A stretch of 61,911 nt of DNA from Syntrophomonas sp. UBA4911 (lineage in GTDB: Bacteria > Bacillota > Syntrophomonadia > Syntrophomonadales > Syntrophomonadaceae): NCBI GenBank assembly GCA_002398105.1, contig DHCD01000010.1, positions 55,683 through 117,593 on the forward strand, read 5' to 3'. Under the pieces are notes generated by a model. The model was given only the letters and a program-made list of their open reading frames with translations, was not told where the DNA came from and did no database searches. Below are positions 39,001 through 44,641 of this stretch, in pieces. Position 1 is the stretch's first letter. Every line of letters starts with the position of its first letter. Made by a program: the position numbers and the translations under genes.

Positions 39001-39138
39001 GGGTATCTTCGTACAGCCCGAAAGCTTCAAAGCATACCCTTTGGCTTCCGCTGCTTCAAGGTCAAATCCCAAGCCGGATGCAAGTGCGGCAATTGAAAGA
39101 CCCGAAAGCTTCAGAAAACCACGACGAGTTAGATTCAT
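36100..39138 (-). CDS. fdnG: Formate dehydrogenase catalytic (alpha) subunit, selenocysteine-containing, Tat-exported
   Basis: Track ORFs 38548-39168 and 36100-38535 are one gene. They join through an in-frame TGA at 38548-38550, reading ...HEHQARI-U-HAPTVASLSPSFGRGAMTNSW, which matches the E. coli FdnG Sec site (..ARVUHGPTVASLAPTFGRGAMTNHW). Twin-arginine signal MNLTRRGFLKLSG. N-terminal 4Fe-4S Cys motif (ICHFCSGGCG). Confidence 0.9.
38490..38547 (-). promoter_or_regulatory. Expected SECIS window downstream of the UGA (candidate hairpin 38519-38536)
   Basis: In the mRNA, 11 nt after the UGA: GGUGGC-uaguuu-GUCACC, 6 bp including one G-U pair. This is short for a SECIS, so it is only a candidate. 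Confidence 0.3.
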
Positions 39139-39180
39139 CCTCTCTTCCTCCCCTCGAGTGCATAACACCCTCTCTATAAT

Positions 39181-39237
39181 AATTATTTATGACGAGATAC
39201 CATAAAACAATTATTTATAATTAAGATATCATAAACC
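39181..39237. repeat. Imperfect tandem direct repeat (28 + 29 bp) upstream of fdnG
   Basis: AATTATTTATGACGAGATACCATAAAAC / AATTATTTATAATTAAGATATCATAAACC. About 22 of 29 positions are identical. Lies 43-100 bp upstream of the fdnG ATG. Confidence 0.5.
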
Positions 39238-39448
39238 CCTATCCCTGTCATTAAAATAAATAATTACTATTGAGCGATTTTGGCCTCACAGCAGTTTTGA
39301 TATAGACTGTGGAGCAGACATTGGACCTCTTGAATCATCAAAACCTCAATCTGCAGAATACTGATATGAAAAAGTATTAGCGGCTGTTCCCATATATCTG
39401 TTTGATTTAATTTCCACCCTGTGTTAGACTAAAAATAATTAAATCAAA

Positions 39449-39542
39449 TTCTCCGAGCTTTTAAGCCTAAAGTCAAAGGCCATGGTTTAGGAGCCTGGGT
39501 TCGAGGGGAAACACTCGAGCCTCCCCTATTGTGGAAAGGAGC
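39449..39542 (+). promoter_or_regulatory. Moco (molybdenum cofactor) riboswitch aptamer, copy 1
   Basis: 5' CUCCGAGC, a variable hairpin, CUGGGU, hairpin UCGAG-gggaaaca-CUCGA, GCCUCCCC, then 3' GGAAAGGAG with GGAG pairing back to the 5' CUCC. Matches the Moco RNA motif as I recall it. Sits in a Moco gene neighbourhood. Confidence 0.7.
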
Positions 39543-39559
39543 AGCATCAGATTTGTCGT

Positions 39560-39605
39560 AGACAGATGCTATATGTCTTTGCACATAAGGATCTGTCTTT
39601 TTTTT
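39560..39605 (+). terminator. Intrinsic terminator (expression platform of Moco riboswitch 1)
   Basis: AGACAGAT...ATCTGTCT stem with the T-run completing 8 T. Confidence 0.7.
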
Positions 39606-39617
39606 AACTTAATACTG

Positions 39618-39710
39618 TTCTCCAAGCCTCTGGACCTGAAGAGTTATGGTCCCCAGGCCTATGGGTATAGCTGGAAACGGTTATGCCTCCCCGTATTTTT
39701 GGAAAGGAGA
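39618..39710 (+). promoter_or_regulatory. Moco riboswitch aptamer, copy 2
   Basis: 5' UCUCCAAGC, hairpin CUGGACC..GGUCC(CC)AG, CUAUGGGU, a hairpin with a GGAAAC loop, GCCUCCCC, then 3' GGAAAGGAGA (P1 is UCUCC/GGAGA). Same architecture as copy 1, with different helix sequences. Confidence 0.7.
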
Positions 39711-39753
39711 CCTAATGTGGCTTATAACTGTTACTTATAAGCCAGGGAGTGGG

Positions 39754-39784
39754 TTGTGTCCTTTTCAGGAACACAATTTTTTTT
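39754..39784 (+). terminator. Intrinsic terminator (expression platform of Moco riboswitch 2)
   Basis: TTGTGTCC-ttttca-GGAACACAA followed by 8 T. Confidence 0.7.
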
Positions 39785-39831
39785 GGTAATTAGCTTTTAA
39801 GCTTTTACATCTAAATCTTTTCTTCCCATTT

Positions 39832-39860
39832 CCCGCTTACTAACAAGCGGGTTCTTTTTT
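39832..39860 (+). terminator. Third plus-strand intrinsic terminator facing the 3' end of moeA
   Basis: CCCGCTT-actaac-AAGCGGG followed by TTCTTTTTT. There is no U-run in the minus-strand reading, so it is plus-oriented. Confidence 0.65.
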
Positions 39861-39949
39861 AGCTCTTTTAGCTTCCCCGTTCTGTTTTCCGGCCTTACTT
39901 TTAAATATCACCTTCACTCCCCGTAAGGATAACCTTCCGCTTAATAAAT

Positions 39950-41149
39950 TCAGCATAGTTGGGCTCTTACCATATCTCCCGCTGCCCCCTGCCCGGCCTG
40001 GAGGTCCAGTAGCAAAGAAATATTTCTGATGGTGGTATTTCCTTTGCTTATAGGTTGGGCGTAAGCGCATCCCTGTTTAATGATCATTTCCCCCCGGTAT
40101 AGGCTGCGACCCGGCCTAATATGCTTTATCGGACCACCTAGTTGTATTTCGAACCATTCCCGGGTAGAGAACAGGTCTCCTTTCAGTTTCAGCAGGGCCG
40201 GCTTAATTAAGGCTTCAAATAACAAACCGGCAGCATAACAATTGCCAGGCAGGTTATACAAAAGTTTGCCGTTAAAAAGCGCGGCAGATGTTTCTTTACC
40301 CGGAATAATATTTATTCCTCTGAAGAGAGGTCTGGCGTTTAAGCATTCAAATGCGTTGTAAACCAGGTCGTAAACTCCTTTACCGGTTCCTCCGCTGATG
40401 ATTATCATATCGGAGACCAGCGCCGCCCGCTCTATTTCATCCCCAATTGCCTGCAGGTCATCTTCAATAATAGAATCTGACAATAATGGTATGGCGCCGG
40501 TACGGGCTATTTTACAAGATAGCAGACTTCGATTGCTGTTATATATACGCCCCGTTTTGACCGGGGCCCCGGGCAAAAGCAATTCGCTCCCGGTGTTGAT
40601 AACATATATACGGGGAACCTTATGAACTAAGATCTTTTCCATCCCGCAGGCAGCTATTCTTTCCAAAATTTCTGCGTTCAGAACCTGTCCTTGGGCTGCC
40701 ACTTTATCTCCCGCTTTTAATTCTTGGCCTGCCCTTTGAATATTCTCGCCCTGCTCATAGCCGCCGTTGACAATAATAAATGTTCCGTGGATTTGGACAT
40801 CTTCCTGCTTAATAACTGCGGCGCCGCCTTCAGGAAGTAAAGCGCCCGTCATTATTCGGTATGTTTCCCCAATTTTGATCGGCCTGCTCTCTATTGAACC
40901 TGCTTTGATAGTGGCAGTTACCTTTAAAGTCAGCGGGGCGCCTGTTTTCAGTTTTTGCATATCCGCCCGGCCAATTACGTAACCATCCATTGAAGAACGA
41001 TCAAAATTGGGTACATCAATTAAACTGGTTATATTTTCCGCATTCACTCTCATGAAGGCATCATCAATATGCAGGTACTCGCTGTCAAGTGCCTGCATAT
41101 TTTCGCAGCTGATAGCAACAGCTTCTTCTAAACTCTTATATACCGACAA
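39950..41149 (-). CDS. moeA: Molybdopterin molybdotransferase (MoeA paralogue 1)
   Basis: MoeA_N motif FDRSSMDGYV, MoCF_biosynth core (NTGSEL...IIISGGTGKGVYD) and the MoeA_C domain. TTG start after a GAGGCGAGGG RBS. Confidence 0.88.
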   Translation of the reverse strand: MSVYKSLEEAVAISCENMQALDSEYLHIDDAFMRVNAENITSLIDVPNFDRSSMDGYVIGRADMQKLKTGAPLTLKVTATIKAGSIESRPIKIGETYRIMTGALLPEGGAAVIKQEDVQIHGTFIIVNGGYEQGENIQRAGQELKAGDKVAAQGQVLNAEILERIAACGMEKILVHKVPRIYVINTGSELLLPGAPVKTGRIYNSNRSLLSCKIARTGAIPLLSDSIIEDDLQAIGDEIERAALVSDMIIISGGTGKGVYDLVYNAFECLNARPLFRGINIIPGKETSAALFNGKLLYNLPGNCYAAGLLFEALIKPALLKLKGDLFSTREWFEIQLGGPIKHIRPGRSLYRGEMIIKQGCAYAQPISKGNTTIRNISLLLDLQAGQGAAGDMVRAQLC

Positions 41150-41231
41150 TTTCCCTCGCCTCTTTACATATTGGGATAGGTAGTATCCGCCGATTATTTA
41201 GCCTGGAGAATAGTAATCATATGCTCTTTAT

Positions 41232-41278
41232 TTCACATAAAATAAAACCAGCCTGGCGGGAGAGGCGCCAGGCTGGTT
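41232..41278 (-). terminator. Strong intrinsic terminator inside the moeA (minus) leader
   Basis: ACCAGCCTGGCG / CGCCAGGCTGGT, a 12-bp perfect stem, followed on the minus strand by UUUUAUUUUAUG. Lies about 85 nt upstream of the moeA start. Confidence 0.7.
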
Positions 41279-41299
41279 AAACAAGCACATAAAAGCTGC

Positions 41300-41405
41300 A
41301 AATACAGTTAATTTCATCCTTTCTACCTTAAGAACCCGGCAGTTTCCCGCCGCATCCATAGCTTAAAGGTCTGCGGGTAATACTGGCAAGTCCTTGAGAC
41401 CAGAA
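41300..41405 (-). promoter_or_regulatory. Structured leader upstream of moeA with partial Moco-aptamer resemblance (candidate riboswitch variant)
   Basis: The minus-strand RNA contains UCUCAAGG..., then CUAUGGAU, hairpin GCGGC-gggaaac-UGCCG, CUUAAGG and GAAAGGA. This parallels CUAUGGGU, the GGAAAC hairpin and GGAAAGGA of copies 1 and 2, but it lacks GCCUCCCC. Confidence 0.3.
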
Positions 41406-41565
41406 AATCAAACCATATATTTGCTATTATTCTATACAAATCTATAAATTCCTTCTAAATGACATATTTACTCTTACTGCTCCGGTTAATAAGTGAATAG
41501 ACGCCCTTTTGAGGACAACTGATGCTCGTTATACTCGCAATTAAAGGTGCAGATCACGCAGATTA

Positions 41566-41738
41566 ACGCAGATTTATTAGACGCGGAAACCGCGGAATCT
41601 TTCAAGGAAGAACGCGGGTTTTACTAAAGTTTTCCTCCGCGTTCTTCCCTATAAATTCCCTGAATTCCGCGTCAAAAAACTAGCGAAACCGTAGGATTAT
41701 CTTCATTCTTGTTTGCAGCCTCCGGCCATTGGGGTTAA
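41566..41738 (-). repeat. Dispersed intergenic repeat, copy B (inverted relative to copy A)
   Basis: Its reverse complement aligns with 8289-8434. It carries a longer internal segment containing a perfect 12-bp hairpin, GGAAGAACGCGG...CCGCGTTCTTCC. Confidence 0.75.
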
Positions 41739-41846
41739 ATCAATATTATAGCCGCCGGTCCGCAATAGAGAGCAAACGAATACCATAGTTCCTCTGCAGT
41801 ATATCGGCCCAAAAGTCAATAGGCAAGATGAAAAAGCCTTGTCTAT

Positions 41847-41875
41847 TTGGCCTTCTCCGGTACCTGCAGTATAAT
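41847..41875 (+). promoter_or_regulatory. Sigma-A-type promoter upstream of the moeA relic and moeA paralogue 2
   Basis: TTGGCC, a 17-nt spacer, then TATAAT. Confidence 0.45.
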
Positions 41876-41884
41876 GAACAATAG

Positions 41885-42039
41885 CAAACGGTTTATGAAA
41901 ATGACCGCCGCATGGCGGTACCGCTGCTGGGAAAATCAGCCCTGATGAGTATTCTGTCGCTGGCTGATGCCCATATTCATATCGCCTATGAAAAACAAGG
42001 CATAAACAAGATGAAAAAGTTACCGCCTACATTTTTTAA
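41885..42039 (+). pseudogene. 3'-terminal relic of a MoeA-type gene, with a frameshift
   Basis: One frame reads ..YENDRRMAVPLLGKSALMSILSLADAHIHIAYEKQGINK. After a 1-nt shift it continues DEKVTAYIF-stop. Together these resemble the MoeA_C terminus (..aVPllGKSg.i.sl..AdG.i.ip....Gi.kGe.V.v.lf). No N-terminal part lies upstream. Confidence 0.4.
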
Positions 42040-42045
42040 TACGGA

Positions 42046-43284
42046 GTGAAAAATTTGTCTTGTCAAATCGAAGTAAGCCTGGAAAGAGCAGTTGAACTTT
42101 GCTGTGCGCAGGCGCATCCACTAAATACAGAATCTATAGTACTGGAAGCGGCGTTAAACCGGGTGGCAGCCCTGGAAGTGCCGTCTCCCATCCAGGTGCC
42201 AACTTTCAGCCGTTCCCAGATGGACGGTTTTACCTTGACCGGGTCTGATTTACTGCGTCTCGGGGCCGGGGCCTGCCTGGAACTGCAAGTAGCCGCCACA
42301 GTGCCCGCCGGATGGCAGGAAACGGTGCGGTTTTTTCCGGGGCAGACCGTAAGCATCATGACCGGTGCTATGATTCCGGGTAATACCGCTGCCATCGTAA
42401 AGCAGGAGGATGTAGAGAATAAAGGGGATTATATAAAGTTGAGCGGTTCACCGGTTCAGGGTCAATACATTGATCCTCCCGGATGTGAGATTGAAGCGGG
42501 AGAAACCATAATCGGTACCGGACAGGAGATAAACCCGGGAAGCATTGAAAGACTGGCTGCGGCCGGCCTTACCCGGGTAACTGTCTATACCATACCCCGG
42601 GTTTACATAATCGGTTGCGGCAGTGAACTCTGTTTACCCGGAAAGGTTCTGCCGGAAGGGAAGATTTATCATAGCCACCGTCATTATATGCTGGCTAAAG
42701 TCCAGACGGAAAACTGTAAAGGTATTCTGGGCGAAGGAGAAGTAGTAGACGATTTGGGATTGATTACCGAGGAAATAAGGAAAGGGCTTGGGGAGGGAGA
42801 CCTCTTGATAATCAGCGGGGGCACGGCTCAGGGCAAATATGATTTGGTGGCGGATGCTCTCCGGCAATTGGGGGCGGACTTCCTGTTTCGCAGCATTGCA
42901 TCCAAACCCGGCCGCAATGTCAGTTGTTCATCATTAGAAGGCTGCCTGGTATTTAACCTGCCCGGCCGTCCTTCAGCGGGTGGAATCATGTTTGACTTAT
43001 TACTGGCCCCGGTCCTGCGGAAGATAAGGGGATCAACTGATTGTGGCCAGCGCTGGCTAAAACTGAGATTATCTGAAAATATCGTCGGCAAGGGCGAATT
43101 AAGAAGCTTTCGCCGAGGTGAACTGGTAGCAGATGAACCGGCCCTGCTGGCTCGCCCCTTAGCTAAGCATGAAAGCGGCAGGGGGAAAATCCCCCTGCTG
43201 TTGGATATTGAACCGGGCCGGAGTAAAAAAGGCGATATCGTAAGAGCGCTGTTGCTTAATAGGGAGACATGGGACTGGATATAA
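42046..43284 (+). CDS. moeA: Molybdopterin molybdotransferase (MoeA paralogue 2)
   Basis: FSRSQMDGFTL, GSEL...LIISGGTAQGKYD and the MoeA_C domain. The start is uncertain: GTG at 42046, or TTG at 42055 which lies 8 nt after GGAG. Confidence 0.85.
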   Translation: MKNLSCQIEVSLERAVELCCAQAHPLNTESIVLEAALNRVAALEVPSPIQVPTFSRSQMDGFTLTGSDLLRLGAGACLELQVAATVPAGWQETVRFFPGQTVSIMTGAMIPGNTAAIVKQEDVENKGDYIKLSGSPVQGQYIDPPGCEIEAGETIIGTGQEINPGSIERLAAAGLTRVTVYTIPRVYIIGCGSELCLPGKVLPEGKIYHSHRHYMLAKVQTENCKGILGEGEVVDDLGLITEEIRKGLGEGDLLIISGGTAQGKYDLVADALRQLGADFLFRSIASKPGRNVSCSSLEGCLVFNLPGRPSAGGIMFDLLLAPVLRKIRGSTDCGQRWLKLRLSENIVGKGELRSFRRGELVADEPALLARPLAKHESGRGKIPLLLDIEPGRSKKGDIVRALLLNRETWDWI

Positions 43285-43364
43285 ACCGATTAGTCGGCCA
43301 AAAATCCGGGTTACAGCTTCTTTAACAGCAACCGGAAGGAGTACCATTCTCTTTATAGAGGGAA

Positions 43365-44474
43365 TTAACCGTTTGGCCGTCCCATAATCTGCGTAAATTG
43401 TTGGCAGAGTTCCTGGCGCATTGCTTCCATAGCGTCAAAATCCATAGCCGGAACATAATACGATTCCAATTCATCATGGTATTCCTTGGCCTGGCGGATA
43501 AAGCCGATTGCATCCTGGATACCGCTGTGGAAGCGCTCCCGGGCGGAGATAATGCGCTGTTCAGGAGTATCAACTGCAGATTTACGCACCAGTTGATCGA
43601 AATCCAGGAAGCGGCGATGCTTGCTCCCGGGGAGCGAAGCGGCGTAATCAAAAAGGTGGCCGGAGACATCCAGCAAAGCCGACCTGGATGAAGGAAGTAC
43701 GATAATATCAATATTGTCCGGGTCAAACGGATTATGATATATTTCGGCTTCAGCCGCGCTCAGATTTAAGGTTTGCCAGGTATAGCTAAACAGCTCCTTA
43801 ATTCCGCTGCCCGGATTTCCTTTCACGGCGAACAGGGAATAGCCGCTATCAATAAGACTGTCAATCTTGCTGACCACACCCCCGGGGGTTATAGCAGCGG
43901 CAAAAAGGTGCCTGATCTTCTGCCCGCCGTCATCCAGGCCGGAAACGAAGTCCCGGGCCAGAGCCAGGGTATTGCGGTTAGCGGCTTCATTATCGCGGGC
44001 TTCCTGATAATAGGACTCCCACTCTTCCCAGGCCATCTTACTTTCCGCCAGGCGCTTATAGGCACGCTGGAAGCAGCGGCTGATAGTCTGAGTCAGCTCA
44101 ATTACAGCCGGACGGTTTTTCCGTATGCTTTTCTGGCGCCAGTAATCGCCCAGATTTATGATTTCGTCTACTGCTCCCGGAAAACGAGGATCTACCACAT
44201 GGGGAGCGGTTCCATCCAGAATGCAGATCTGGTGCCGGCCTAGGACTACTCCATCCAAGGATTCATTATCGGATGAACACCAGTGATACTCAACCTCATG
44301 ACCTTGGGTCAAGAAGTCTTCCCCTATTTTTTTCATAAACGAAGATTTCCCCACCCCGGGGCCGCCTTTAAGGATTATCTTGCGTTCCACCGCAGGCGAT
44401 ACCATATAATCATAAAACGAATAAAAACCATAGCAGGTATTGCCGCCCGGGAAGAAATTTCTGATTTTCGACAT
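43365..44474 (-). CDS. Uncharacterised P-loop ATPase with an internal duplication
   Basis: Walker A LKGGPGVGKSSF in the first half and a degenerate copy VKGNPGSGIKEL in the second half. The ATG at 44474 follows GGAAGGTGA. No function is known to me. Confidence 0.7.
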   Translation of the reverse strand: MSKIRNFFPGGNTCYGFYSFYDYMVSPAVERKIILKGGPGVGKSSFMKKIGEDFLTQGHEVEYHWCSSDNESLDGVVLGRHQICILDGTAPHVVDPRFPGAVDEIINLGDYWRQKSIRKNRPAVIELTQTISRCFQRAYKRLAESKMAWEEWESYYQEARDNEAANRNTLALARDFVSGLDDGGQKIRHLFAAAITPGGVVSKIDSLIDSGYSLFAVKGNPGSGIKELFSYTWQTLNLSAAEAEIYHNPFDPDNIDIIVLPSSRSALLDVSGHLFDYAASLPGSKHRRFLDFDQLVRKSAVDTPEQRIISARERFHSGIQDAIGFIRQAKEYHDELESYYVPAMDFDAMEAMRQELCQQFTQIMGRPNG

Positions 44475-44641
44475 CTGCTTCACCTTCCATCAACTGTTTC
44501 TACTTTATATATGATAGCTATGCCGCATTCCTCCCAGGATTATTATGGCAAATAAGTTTGCTGAGCAGAAAACCCGGATTTATCGTACAATATAAAGCGG
44601 AAATATTAAGGAAAGAATTCTGGTTGAGAGAGCGGGGAAAT

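Noticed and set aside
39531-39789. 69-aa ORF (39531-39740) and a 24-aa ORF (ATG at 39715, product MWLITVTYKPGSGLCPFQEHNFFW) downstream of the Moco aptamers.
   Set aside because: The first starts inside aptamer 1 and runs through terminator 1 and aptamer 2. The second uses the aptamer's own GGAAAGGAG as its RBS and runs through terminator 2. Neither has protein-like composition, so they were judged to be by-products of the RNA elements.
41228-41317. 29-aa minus-strand ORF (MKLTVFAAFMCLFNQPGASPARLVLFYVK) in the moeA leader, considered as a leader peptide or type I toxin.
   Set aside because: Half of it is encoded by the two arms of the terminator hairpin, and its stop lies in the U-tract. A leader-peptide attenuation role is not excluded, but the sequence alone gives no supporting evidence.
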